DNA of 64,000 nucleotides. It comes from Williopsis jadinii. Lineage: Eukaryota. Positions 9,460 to 20,145 of this stretch are shown piece by piece (the stretch's first letter is position 1; each line of letters begins with the position of its first letter). The DNA lies in NCBI GenBank assembly GCA_024346625.1, contig AP024664.1:2666001-2730000 (forward strand), given 5' to 3'. The notes below the pieces were generated by a model. The model was given only the letters and a program-made list of their open reading frames with translations. It had not been told where the DNA came from and made no database searches. Position numbers and translations under genes: made by a program.

Positions 9460-11463
9460 ATGTCCTTGGAGTACGAGATTTACAAGGAAGGTGGTCTCTT
9501 GAACGGGAAATACCAGAAATTGGAGGACATAAGTGAAGGGTCCTATGGTGTTGTCTCCTTAGCAAAGGATATCACAAAGGCCAGGCTAGTTGCGGTGAAG
9601 TATATCTTCAAGTACCAGGATGAAAAATCGCCCAAGAAAGAGTCTAGATACTCCCAGTCGTTGAAGAACTTCACAGAGAGAATGGACGATGACATTTGCG
9701 AGGAGGCACTACACGAAATTGACATCCACCACAGATTGGGCCACCATGAGAACATTGTTTCATTCATCGACTGCTTTGAATCCTTTATCATCTTGGAATA
9801 CTGCTCCCGTGGCGACTTGTACGAAGCTATAAAGGCCAACATCGGTCCAACTTCAACAAGGGACATTGTCAATGTTACTCTGCAGCTCATTGGTGCAGTA
9901 GAATTCGCACACAGCAAATCGATTTATCACCGTGATATCAAACCAGAGAACATCTTGATCGCTGATGACTTCTCGATTAGACTATCGGATTGGGGTTTGG
10001 CTACTGACAAGAGAATTTGTACTGATTTTGGCGTTGGTTCAGAGAGATATATGGCACCAGAGTTATTTGATGAGTTGAATCTGGATTGTTACGACGCTGC
10101 TAAATGTGATATCTGGTCTATCGGCATTTGTCTCTTGAACATTGTCTTCCATAAGAACCCATTTACAAAGGCGAACGAGTCAGATAAATCTTTCAGCTAT
10201 TTCGCACGTAACCGTGAGGCTCTGTTTGACATCTTTTCAACAATGTCCGACGACTTATTCTCTGTCTTGCGTCATTGTTTGACTTTAGATCCGGATAATA
10301 GAGATTTGTCACTTGTAAAGGAAGAACTATTGAAGGTGCAAAAGTTGACCATTGACGAAGACCTGGATCAATTTGAAAAGGAGATGAGCAAGTCTGTTAG
10401 TGCCAAACCAATCGCCATTAGAAAGACCAAGGCTCCACGCTCAAAGAACATTCAGAATGGCAACGCAAAGTCTTTTGCAATCCCGACACCAAATACACAT
10501 ATTGCAAAGCAGTTCCAGGATTTCAAGAGAGAACAGTTCAACAGAAGAGATTTCTTTACTCCACCATCTGTTAATGCTCATTATTTGGAGAAATTTGGGG
10601 ACAATAGAAGATATCAACCTCCACACCAAAAACCCAATACACCAAAGTTGAACAGTCAAATTCCTCGCAGTGTTTCACCATCCAAGAAATCAAGAAAGAG
10701 CTCATTCAACTCGTACTCTTCTTCTGCTAGTAAGTACGTTCCTCCAAGTCTCAGATCACCAAATGTTGCAAAGTCTCCATTGCAGCAAGCCGTTTCCTTG
10801 AGTGACTTGGATTCCGACGATGATGGGTTGTTTGTTCTTGAAGAACATGATACTCCCAACCGTTCAGACGTTGACTTGGCAAATTTGGGTGAAGGCATCA
10901 ACTCGTTGGGTCTTGATGAAAGAGATGTTGCTAGTGATTTCTCGTCAGCGCCCTCTTTGATCAGTCCCGTGCCCCTATATGAACAGCGTGCTCATGCCTT
11001 TTCTGAAAATGACAGAAGACCAAATTCAAATGATCGTGAAGGGCATGGTTCTAACTCTGATGGGTCAGGAACTCATCCGAAGAAGTACGTGCCACCACAC
11101 CATAGAGAAAACTATCAAGGTCAAATCCAAGCTTGGCATTCGACGTCAAAGAAACCTGCTTATTGGAATCAATATAATGGGCGTGGCCGGAGACATAGTG
11201 GAAGACGTGAAGCAATGACGTCTACCTCTGTTCCGATAAAGAAAACTGACTGGTTCGTTCATAGTAAGATTGATGGCATTGAAGATGACGTTTTAGAAGA
11301 TGAAGAGGATGACTTTGAGAAGTCAGATTTTTACAAAAACTTTGCTTCTCGTGTTGGGCGTACATCAGGAGCCAATTTCAGCCTTGTTGGAAATGATGGT
11401 AAGAACAGAATGTTGCCACACACTATGAACGGTCTTAACTCTGTTATCTTAGAACACTCGTGA
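9460..11463 (+). CDS. KSP1: Ser/Thr protein kinase Ksp1
   Basis: ISEGSYG, HRDIKPEN, DWGLA, GSERYMAPE; FTPPS and KYVPP C-terminal motifs; synteny with LRP1/GPI8 block. Confidence 0.9.
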   Translation: MSLEYEIYKEGGLLNGKYQKLEDISEGSYGVVSLAKDITKARLVAVKYIFKYQDEKSPKKESRYSQSLKNFTERMDDDICEEALHEIDIHHRLGHHENIVSFIDCFESFIILEYCSRGDLYEAIKANIGPTSTRDIVNVTLQLIGAVEFAHSKSIYHRDIKPENILIADDFSIRLSDWGLATDKRICTDFGVGSERYMAPELFDELNLDCYDAAKCDIWSIGICLLNIVFHKNPFTKANESDKSFSYFARNREALFDIFSTMSDDLFSVLRHCLTLDPDNRDLSLVKEELLKVQKLTIDEDLDQFEKEMSKSVSAKPIAIRKTKAPRSKNIQNGNAKSFAIPTPNTHIAKQFQDFKREQFNRRDFFTPPSVNAHYLEKFGDNRRYQPPHQKPNTPKLNSQIPRSVSPSKKSRKSSFNSYSSSASKYVPPSLRSPNVAKSPLQQAVSLSDLDSDDDGLFVLEEHDTPNRSDVDLANLGEGINSLGLDERDVASDFSSAPSLISPVPLYEQRAHAFSENDRRPNSNDREGHGSNSDGSGTHPKKYVPPHHRENYQGQIQAWHSTSKKPAYWNQYNGRGRRHSGRREAMTSTSVPIKKTDWFVHSKIDGIEDDVLEDEEDDFEKSDFYKNFASRVGRTSGANFSLVGNDGKNRMLPHTMNGLNSVILEHS

Positions 11464-11712
11464 GTTTTGGTCTTTTATCAACTTCCATTTGGTTTTTTTT
11501 TTTTACTTTTTGATTTTCTTTTAACGATTCGAATTATAAGGTATTGTGAATAGGTTGGTCTATGCTATGGAAGACTAGCATTCTCAATATTATGAAATCA
11601 ATCAATTTTGCATTCGAAGCAATTTTGGTTGAAACCATACGTCTATTAATCAACTAAAGTGTAGTGTGTAACGTTATATTGTGGTTGTGGGTATGAAGAT
11701 CGTATGTAATGT

Positions 11713-12867
11713 TTATCCCTTGAAGTTCACAGTTAGCCATAACAGTGCACCCCCAAGCAATATTGTTAAGGCAATCACCTGTCTGAACGTGTTTGATGTC
11801 TTGTCCTCTGTGAGGTGAATAGTATTTGATTTGAAAGAGTTTATTTGAGACTGATTCATCTTGAATATCTGTTTCTTGTACTCTTCATCTTCATGTTGCT
11901 CCTCTCGAGGTTTACCATGGTTCAAAAGGAATAAGATATCATCTTCGGTTGGTTGTGCAACAACGTTCTGAACGTTTCCAAAGAAGTCTGTGATCAGCAC
12001 ATCGCTCAGGTTTCTCTTAAACAAGTCTGTTCTAACACCTGCGTGTGAATGAATATCCTCGAGTGTGTACGAATCGATCAAGTCTTGAATTGTCTTTGTA
12101 GAGTTCTTTTCGATGGTCTCTAAGAACTCAAGGTTGTAGTACGTGAATCTGTCAATAACGGCCACTCCAATATCGACATCACTGTGATGTGAGTACGACG
12201 ATTCATCCAGCTCAGAGGACCCCACAGCCAAAATATTCGGAGAGTAAAACTTTGAGTACATTGTATTAGCCTGGCACGTGTCAATCATGAAGAAAATCTC
12301 GTTATATCTCTTCTTCTCGTGCATCTGTTCAAAGGCATCCGCAATGTCCCATGAACTAATCTCCTCCGCGTCTTGGAACTTCAAAAACTCGTTACCACCA
12401 TGGCCTGTCATGTAGATGAAGATGTTCGAGTTCTCATCAGTCAATAGTCTCTTGGACCTTGGATGGTCTGGTCCCCATCTATCTGTTAACAATCTTATAA
12501 AGTTCTCCACCGTAACTTCGTACCCTCTGTAGTCAACTTCGATGCTATCACCGTATAAGTCCAGTCCTCTATCGGCATTGTTGAATACTGAGCCTGGGAA
12601 TAAGTTTCTTGGGTTACATGCAACGTCATCGCTAAGCATAAGGATGATCTGTGAGTCTGGAATACCCAATCTCTTAACAGTTCTGTACATGCTGAGAACA
12701 TTGGCCATATGTCTATAGTTGAACCAAAAACGTGATGTGGACACAAGAACTGCCCAGTTGTTTGTATGGCGTGACTCTGTTGATTCTCCAGTGTCTTGCG
12801 AGTGAACAAGACCAGCAACTGTCAATAAGATAACAGGTATACACCTGAGAAGCGTTGATAATCTCAT
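11713..12867 (-). CDS. GPI8: GPI transamidase catalytic subunit
   Basis: HTNNWAVLVSTSRFWFNYRH, TGHGG, IDTCQA; signal peptide and C-terminal TM. Confidence 0.96.
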   Translation of the reverse strand: MRLSTLLRCIPVILLTVAGLVHSQDTGESTESRHTNNWAVLVSTSRFWFNYRHMANVLSMYRTVKRLGIPDSQIILMLSDDVACNPRNLFPGSVFNNADRGLDLYGDSIEVDYRGYEVTVENFIRLLTDRWGPDHPRSKRLLTDENSNIFIYMTGHGGNEFLKFQDAEEISSWDIADAFEQMHEKKRYNEIFFMIDTCQANTMYSKFYSPNILAVGSSELDESSYSHHSDVDIGVAVIDRFTYYNLEFLETIEKNSTKTIQDLIDSYTLEDIHSHAGVRTDLFKRNLSDVLITDFFGNVQNVVAQPTEDDILFLLNHGKPREEQHEDEEYKKQIFKMNQSQINSFKSNTIHLTEDKTSNTFRQVIALTILLGGALLWLTVNFKG

Positions 12868-13106
12868 TTGTACTGTGATTCTATGTTGGTGATTGTGTGA
12901 GTTGCGGTGTAAAATGAGAGGAAAGTCGTTGATGTGTCTCTGGGCTTTTTGTGTTTACTTGTTGATGTGGAAGATAAACACCCGGACATTCAAACATCCA
13001 TACACCCCTCATCCGCGGAGCTTGAGGCGCACAGTGTTTACTTTGTAAGCCATAGCACCACGGATAGCAAGTCAATATGGTCTTTTCGTTCCAATGAAGA
13101 CGGTGT

Positions 13107-15236
13107 ATGTCGATGTCAATGGTGTTTAGGTCTCAAGTAGGAAGGAAGTTCTTGTTTAACAGAACTTCCAGCTCTGTGGCTTGCTCCATAAAGCGTGTTT
13201 CAACGTCGTTGCCTATACCAACCTCATCGCAGAGAACCTCACTTCACAACTCGTCCAAAAGTCAACACTCGGGCCAGATACATCTCAGAGATTATCAGCA
13301 GGAATGTATAGATCGGTGTTTAGCGAGCCTGGAATCTGGAAAGAGGAAAATTGCCGTTAGTCTGCCCACTGGCGGTGGTAAGACTGTTATCTTCGCATCG
13401 TTGATCAACAAGATAAGACAAATGAACAACGATGTCGGTAAGACGCTGGTGCTCGTGCACAGGAAAGAACTGGCGATCCAGGCAGCACAGACTTGTAAGA
13501 ACCTGTGCCCAGGTAAGAGAGTTGAAGTGGAAATGGCTGAGTATAAGGCTACCGAATATGCTGATATAGTGGTTGCCTCTGTGCAAACGTTGGTCAGAGG
13601 AAGACTACAAAACTGGGATCCTCATCAATTCAAGACGATTATTGTCGATGAAGCTCACCACTCAGCAGCTGATAGCTACAAAGCTGTCTTTGACCATTTC
13701 GAAGTTGATAACCCAAATTCTGACATTGCACTAGTTGGATTCTCTGCGACTATGAGAAGAGAGGATAACAAAGCGCTGGGTGAAGTTTTTGAAGAAATTG
13801 TATACCATATGGATCTGCTAGACTTGATAAAAAAAGATCACTTGACAGATGTCAAACTCACAACCATTCGACTTGCTGATGCTGATTTGAAAGATGTTGC
13901 TATTGCACGTGGTGACTTTGTGCTGGGTGGTCTCTCAAAGGCCATTAATAAGCCCAGTAACATCGACGTTGTCATTGGAACATATCTCCAATTTGAGAAG
14001 GACTATAACGTGTCCTCTACTTTGGTATTTGCAGTTGACATTGGGCACGTTGAATCTCTATACCGAGGGTTTGAAGAAGCTGGTGTCTCTGTACGTGCAG
14101 TCACTTCAAAAACCAAGTTAAGGGACCGCCAAATGTACGTCGAGGACTTCAAAGAGGGTAAAGTGTCTGTGTTGATCAACTGTGGTGTCTTCACAGAGGG
14201 GACTGATATACCAAATATTGATTGTATACTGCTTGTGCGACCAACAAAATCCAGAAACTTACTCATTCAAATGATTGGTCGTGGTGTGCGTAAGCATCAT
14301 TCCAAGGACTTTTGCCATGTTGTCGATTTTGTTGGGGTCGGCTCCAAGGATCTTGTTAGTCTACCAACTCTCGGTGGACTGCCTAGTGACTTTGGACTTG
14401 AAGGTATGTCATTTGCAGATATGGAAAGGGTCAAAAGGCAGCAAGACCACTTTGAACAGAAAAGAAAAGTGAATGAATCTGAAAGACGTCAAGGTGAACT
14501 GGTTACGAATTTTACAAACGAAGAGCTGGATGCCATTTCTGGTCTCCAATTTACAACTTTTGAAAGCCTATCAAATTTCCTATCCACAAGCAATAATCTT
14601 TCTGACGATGAAATTGTTCGATCGTTCGATGAACCGTGGTGTCATTCGCCTTCCAAGGGACTATGGTTTTTGGTGTTCCCTGAGATCAAACCTCAGATAC
14701 ATCTCAGATTGCAGGCACATACATCTGGCAACTTCCCAGTAGATTTCTACAAAGGGTTGAAAACTAATGGATTCGACGATACTTTTAACAAACTGCATTC
14801 GGATGTCAGGTCAGGAACTGTGTATACCCTTGAGCTGTACCAGGAAAATGCAAAGTTTTTGAAGAAAAACCCAAGGAACTTCTACGTTACGAGATTTAAC
14901 AGACAGTTAAGTGCGCCGATATCTAGTGATATAAGGGTCCCACTAATGAAGGGCTCACTCTTAGCGTCCGCCATGTTGGGTGAGCACACAAGGCCATCAA
15001 AGAGGAAGGGATGGAGATCAGAACAACCAACAAAACGCCAAGTCGCTGCATTGGCATCCTTACTCGTGTCCAAATGCTTTAAGGACCAAACCATCAGGGA
15101 ACAGATCGAAAATATCTTGCAAAAGAACTATACTAGAGGTGATCTCAGCGATTTCATGGGCTCGTATGCAATCTTCAAGATGAGTGGCTTGAAAGCCATA
15201 GCATCAGAAGTGGAGTCCAAATTGCATTTCACTTAG
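13107..15236 (+). CDS. IRC3: Mitochondrial SF2 DExH DNA helicase Irc3
   Basis: LRDYQ, PTGGGKT, DEAH, SAT, QMIGRG; presequence-like N-terminus; divergent from GPI8. Confidence 0.9.
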   Translation: MSMSMVFRSQVGRKFLFNRTSSSVACSIKRVSTSLPIPTSSQRTSLHNSSKSQHSGQIHLRDYQQECIDRCLASLESGKRKIAVSLPTGGGKTVIFASLINKIRQMNNDVGKTLVLVHRKELAIQAAQTCKNLCPGKRVEVEMAEYKATEYADIVVASVQTLVRGRLQNWDPHQFKTIIVDEAHHSAADSYKAVFDHFEVDNPNSDIALVGFSATMRREDNKALGEVFEEIVYHMDLLDLIKKDHLTDVKLTTIRLADADLKDVAIARGDFVLGGLSKAINKPSNIDVVIGTYLQFEKDYNVSSTLVFAVDIGHVESLYRGFEEAGVSVRAVTSKTKLRDRQMYVEDFKEGKVSVLINCGVFTEGTDIPNIDCILLVRPTKSRNLLIQMIGRGVRKHHSKDFCHVVDFVGVGSKDLVSLPTLGGLPSDFGLEGMSFADMERVKRQQDHFEQKRKVNESERRQGELVTNFTNEELDAISGLQFTTFESLSNFLSTSNNLSDDEIVRSFDEPWCHSPSKGLWFLVFPEIKPQIHLRLQAHTSGNFPVDFYKGLKTNGFDDTFNKLHSDVRSGTVYTLELYQENAKFLKKNPRNFYVTRFNRQLSAPISSDIRVPLMKGSLLASAMLGEHTRPSKRKGWRSEQPTKRQVAALASLLVSKCFKDQTIREQIENILQKNYTRGDLSDFMGSYAIFKMSGLKAIASEVESKLHFT

Positions 15237-15781
15237 CTACGCTCCTGAGTGCTGTGCTACCGTTCACTCCAATTGACTCACACACACCATCACTTTGTAT
15301 AAATCATATCATATACTTCCATAGTCTTCTGCAAACTGCACTGTATGCCCTCTATGGCACCAAGGACATCCAAACACCTAATAATCCGTACACCACAAAC
15401 TGCTGTAGAATGTGGCCGCACCACGGAGATCAGGATCTTCGCGCGTAGCTCTCCACTGAGCGCCAACGTTGACTTGGAAGGGGACAAATATACAACAAAC
15501 CACACAAACAAACCAAACAAACAACCCACACAAAGCACTAACTGCACCGAAATAACGGGACTGAAGGTGACATTCATTGGTGCATCTCCTATTTCCACGA
15601 CTTGGTAATCGACACAATTGGTTGATCTTGTGTGTGGTGGTGGTTTGTTCTGTTGCTTTGGTGAAGATCTTTGTGTTTATTATTGTTTAGCCCAGTGTAC
15701 ATCTCTGGAAGTCGACACGAATCTCTAGAACGGGAACAAAAACAAAGCAATAACACGGTCCTCCCTGTGCCTTCTCCTGCC

Positions 15782-18700
15782 ATGATATCTGCAAAATCTC
15801 AGAGGAGAGCCATTGCCATGGATCCCATAACTGTTGTTGTGAAGGAGAGTATCCTTCTATCGTCGTCCATGAGGAAGGTCTCCAAGTACTCGTCATCCAG
15901 CGTTGCTGCCATTCTCAGCTCAAGTACCGCCGATTTGTTTAGTGACGAGAACAACTTCGGCAAGGTGGGCATTTCTGGTGGCTCTAATGGTGTCCCTAAC
16001 GGCACCATCACTGATCCGCTCCTCTCTGGGTTCGTTCAACTACGTCTGATGTTGAACTCTCAGAAGGATGTTTCCGGTGTTGACGCCCTCACTCTATTAC
16101 AGCCGTTTCTTATGGTGATCAAATCAAGCTCCACTTCTGGAAGCATCACATCTTTGGCATTGGACTCTCTGATGAAGTTCTTCAACTATGGCATCATCAA
16201 TGAAAGCTCAAGTAACATCGATTTTGCCTTAAACCATGTCATGCATTCCTTGACTCATTGTCGTTTCGAGGCTTCTGAGCAAGCCGCAGACGATTCCGTC
16301 TTGTTGAAAGTCCTCAAGCTGCTAGAATACATAATAGATTCTGACTTGGGGGAAAGGCTATCGGATGAAGTGGTGTATGAGGTTCTGCAAACCTCAATGT
16401 CGTTGGCTTGTAATAAGAGAAGAAGCGAAGTCTTGCGGAAAGCTGCAGAATTGTCAGTTGGTCGTTTGGCTTTCAAAATATTCAAGAAATTGGACTCGAT
16501 GGAACCGGAAGATAATGCGCATGCCGTTGAAGAAACACATGATTACTCTAAGGATCAACTCATTGATTCAATTGGTACCAATGAAGAACTCGAACAACAG
16601 AAGAGATCATTGGAGTTGCCAAAAAAGACTGAACAACCCTTTGGCCTTCCAGCCATAAAGCAATTCTTGGGTATCTTGATCTCGATCATCTCGCCAGAGA
16701 ATCAGCTCAAGCATAATGAATCGACAAAGGTATTTGGATTTTCGCTGATTCGTACGGCAGTTGAGATGAGTGGTAACAGATTTAAAGAGTTCCCAAGTTT
16801 GTTAAATCTTATTGCTGATCCTATCTTCAAATATACACTGCAGGTTATCCAGAACGTGAACTCCATCTCGGTTCTTCAAGCTGCTCTACAATTGTTCACT
16901 ACATTGACTTTGACATTAGGTGATTCTTTACAGCCTCAAATAGAACTATCTTTGAGGACTATGTTCACATTGATCATTCCACAGGACGTGTCGAAGAGCA
17001 AAACCTCCAGCAAATCTGGGAAGTCAACGCCAATCGATGTGTCAATAAAATCACTCAGTGCCAAAGAGGTTATTGTGGAAGAGCTGTCGATCCTTTGGAC
17101 TCATTTGCCTAACTTGTTTTTAGCTCTGTTTATCAACTATGACTGTAACTTCCACAGGCACGACTTATCGGTGCAATTCATCGAATTTTTGGCACAATTA
17201 TCGCTTCCTGAAAGTGCATCTTTTACCACAGAATTCGTTCCTCCACTTTGTTTGGAAGGTTTGGTGACTTTTGTGGGGACAATTTACGATCATATTAAAA
17301 CAGCTGGTACGTTTAATGAATCAAGTTTGGATGGTTTGCTAGTTGACAAAGAAAAGAAGAAAGAGTTTATATCAGCTACAAACATCTTTAACGAATCCCC
17401 AAAACAAGGACTCAAACGTTTACAAGAAAAAGGATTCATCAAATCCACCGAAGATACTGATGAGCTTGCTGCATTCTTCTACGAAAGATCAAGTCGTCTC
17501 AACAAGAAGGTTTTAGGTGAATTCCTTGCAAAACCTGCCAATAGTGAACTCTTGGTGCGTTTCATGAGTCTGTTTGAATTCGATGGTCTTCGTGTTGATG
17601 AAGCTTTAAGGATTCTTTTGAAGGCATTTAGATTGCCAGGTGAATCACAACAAATTGAAAGAATTGTTGAGACATTTGCAGCCCATTATATCTCTTGTCA
17701 GTGCTACTCGGAAGATGAAGATGATCAGAAACAGGACACCCCTTCAACTGAAGAAACTGATGGTGAAAACCCTGTCAACGAAGAAGAAGAGGATGATGAG
17801 AATGCGACTGTTAAACCTGATGCTGATGCTGTATTCGTTTTATCATACTCTATCATCATGTTGAATACCGATCTGCATAATCCAAACATCAAAGTCCATA
17901 TGACCCTCGATGATTATAAGAAGAATTTGAAGGGTGTCTACAATAATAAAGATTTCCCTTCATGGTATCTGAAGAAGATTTTTGAATCTATTCAGGATAA
18001 AGAAATTGTTATGCCAGAAGAGCACCATGGCTCATCCCAGTGGTTTGACGATAACTGGAATAATCTTATGGCTGCCAATGCTTCTACTATCAGTACATTC
18101 TACTCACCTGAGTCGTATGATTTACAATCCACCTTACAGTTTGAAAAGTACATCTTCAGCTCAGTTTTCTCGAAGCTTTTTGGAACATTTCTCAGGATTT
18201 TTGAAATCGCAGTTGATGATCATGTCATAACAAAAATGGTGACTATGTTGGATAGATTGGGACAGATTGCATCATTTTTTGGTTACTATGATATTGTTGA
18301 GGGAATCGTGAGCAGATTATCTCAATTGACACAGCTCACTAGTGCCGTTGAAACTGATCAATCTGATAATACTCACCGTCTAAAGCTAACTCGAATTCAA
18401 GTATCCGGAGGTGAAACGATCAACGTGAGTGAGCTTGCTGTCGCTTTCGGAGGAAACTTTAAGGCTCAGCTTGCAACAATTATACTCTTCAACACCTTGA
18501 AGAACAATGTCAGTAATATCACCGAGAATTGGTCGACAGTAATTAAGATATTTGTGACTTTGATACAAAACGGATTGGTACACCCTGATTTCTTTTCCCC
18601 ATTCCAAGCCGAATTCAAGCTTCGTAAGATATCAAGAGTCAAGCCAGAAGTCACTCTGACCAGAAATTCTGTGACAAAAGGACTACTTTCAACATTCGCA

Positions 18701-20014
18701 TCATATCTTAAAGGTGACGATGAACCTACTGATGAAGAGGTTGAAGCTACTTTATCAGCATTGGACTGTATTAAGTCAGCAGATGTGGGGTCTATATTTA
18801 ATGATCTCAAACTTTTGGTGCCACACTATGATGTTATTTACAGTGCACTTTTTGAGCAGCTTCCTGAAGAACGCACCCCTCAGAATGAGCCTTACTTTGA
18901 GACTTTGATGCTCTTCATTGTTGAAGCATGTGTTGCATTGACTACAAATGATACTAACTGTCAAGAGTCGGACGATTTGTTGGCGCGTATTGAGAAACTC
19001 ATTGAGAGAAGGGAAGAATTAAAGTTGCAGCCTGATATGATGTTTAGGTTAGATACTTACAAACTATTGGTTATCACCCACTTAAAGAGTGGTCGAGATG
19101 CTGTTGTCACCAAGACGATTGAGGAATTCTTAGGATTTGAAAAGAAAATCTTTGAGAAGAGGGCACCACAGGTCATAAAGCCCTTGACAAAACTTGCGTT
19201 GGACGATTTTTGGGCAGCATCTTTGGTGTTAAACGACGAAAACTATTGGAAGTTATTGAGAATAATTGCATCCATTTCTGACTACTCTGATAAGCTTCTC
19301 AAATTCGCTGAGGATATCTCATACTCGAAAAACATCAACAACACAAACTTTATGTGGTTATTGGGATTACTTGATGAAATATCTGCTGTTGGGGCTATTG
19401 GTGCTCAATGGGAACAGGAGTATGATTCTCTTGTTAAATCAGGTCATAAAATTACAAAAGAAAACCCGTACCAGGATATCGTTCATACATCTCTTTTGTC
19501 TATCAAATTCACCAGTTCGCTATTGAAGTTGAAGATACTCTCAAAGGATGAAACATACGCCCTTATTCAAGCATTGGCACATCAATGCCTCAACCCATGT
19601 GACCAAATCCGCTCCTATGCACTTAGTACACTTGAAGAGTCTATCTTTGAAATCAGACTAGACAATGATATCACTCCAGGTGGTTTGTTCAAGTTTGGAC
19701 TTTTCCCTCTACTCGGTGATGGTATTGACAAGCTCAGTATCTTCCAATTGGCATCCAAGTTGTATTTACACTACTTTAAGAGGGGACAAGTTGATAATGA
19801 TTTGTTTTTGAAACTGCTTGATAATTTCAATAACCATTTAGAACACCCTGAGGTTGAAAGGGAGTTACAAAACTTGATTTCTCAGAAGAAGCTCATTGAA
19901 TCTGATACCAATGGCAATGACAGCGGGACTGGTCTCTCCGTCGAAGATGACGCGCCAGTTATTCCTACTAAGAAAGAACTTGAAGCTGAAGAACTTGAAG
20001 CAAGTATTGATTAA
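15782..20014 (+). CDS. GEA2: Arf guanine-nucleotide exchange factor Gea1/Gea2 (Sec7 domain)
   Basis: FRLPGESQQIERI, YSIIMLNTDLHNP, INYDC (HUS box); first ATG 15782 (alternative 15818). Confidence 0.9.
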   Translation: MISAKSQRRAIAMDPITVVVKESILLSSSMRKVSKYSSSSVAAILSSSTADLFSDENNFGKVGISGGSNGVPNGTITDPLLSGFVQLRLMLNSQKDVSGVDALTLLQPFLMVIKSSSTSGSITSLALDSLMKFFNYGIINESSSNIDFALNHVMHSLTHCRFEASEQAADDSVLLKVLKLLEYIIDSDLGERLSDEVVYEVLQTSMSLACNKRRSEVLRKAAELSVGRLAFKIFKKLDSMEPEDNAHAVEETHDYSKDQLIDSIGTNEELEQQKRSLELPKKTEQPFGLPAIKQFLGILISIISPENQLKHNESTKVFGFSLIRTAVEMSGNRFKEFPSLLNLIADPIFKYTLQVIQNVNSISVLQAALQLFTTLTLTLGDSLQPQIELSLRTMFTLIIPQDVSKSKTSSKSGKSTPIDVSIKSLSAKEVIVEELSILWTHLPNLFLALFINYDCNFHRHDLSVQFIEFLAQLSLPESASFTTEFVPPLCLEGLVTFVGTIYDHIKTAGTFNESSLDGLLVDKEKKKEFISATNIFNESPKQGLKRLQEKGFIKSTEDTDELAAFFYERSSRLNKKVLGEFLAKPANSELLVRFMSLFEFDGLRVDEALRILLKAFRLPGESQQIERIVETFAAHYISCQCYSEDEDDQKQDTPSTEETDGENPVNEEEEDDENATVKPDADAVFVLSYSIIMLNTDLHNPNIKVHMTLDDYKKNLKGVYNNKDFPSWYLKKIFESIQDKEIVMPEEHHGSSQWFDDNWNNLMAANASTISTFYSPESYDLQSTLQFEKYIFSSVFSKLFGTFLRIFEIAVDDHVITKMVTMLDRLGQIASFFGYYDIVEGIVSRLSQLTQLTSAVETDQSDNTHRLKLTRIQVSGGETINVSELAVAFGGNFKAQLATIILFNTLKNNVSNITENWSTVIKIFVTLIQNGLVHPDFFSPFQAEFKLRKISRVKPEVTLTRNSVTKGLLSTFASYLKGDDEPTDEEVEATLSALDCIKSADVGSIFNDLKLLVPHYDVIYSALFEQLPEERTPQNEPYFETLMLFIVEACVALTTNDTNCQESDDLLARIEKLIERREELKLQPDMMFRLDTYKLLVITHLKSGRDAVVTKTIEEFLGFEKKIFEKRAPQVIKPLTKLALDDFWAASLVLNDENYWKLLRIIASISDYSDKLLKFAEDISYSKNINNTNFMWLLGLLDEISAVGAIGAQWEQEYDSLVKSGHKITKENPYQDIVHTSLLSIKFTSSLLKLKILSKDETYALIQALAHQCLNPCDQIRSYALSTLEESIFEIRLDNDITPGGLFKFGLFPLLGDGIDKLSIFQLASKLYLHYFKRGQVDNDLFLKLLDNFNNHLEHPEVERELQNLISQKKLIESDTNGNDSGTGLSVEDDAPVIPTKKELEAEELEASID

Positions 20015-20145
20015 TGTCAAGTAACGACTACGTATGGTAGATTGACTTTGTTGTTCTGGTCCGGAATATATGGAATTTTCGTATAATATGTTGTAATTGG
20101 CTATTTGAGTATAGAATTAATCAATAGTTATAGACTTGATGTGGC

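Noticed and set aside
15671..15781. TTG/GTG-initiated N-terminal extensions in the ORF track (GEA, TAP42, LRP1, PEX3, RPN13, YCII, CTS2)
   Set aside because: Bacterial-style start calls; downstream ATGs match the family N-termini
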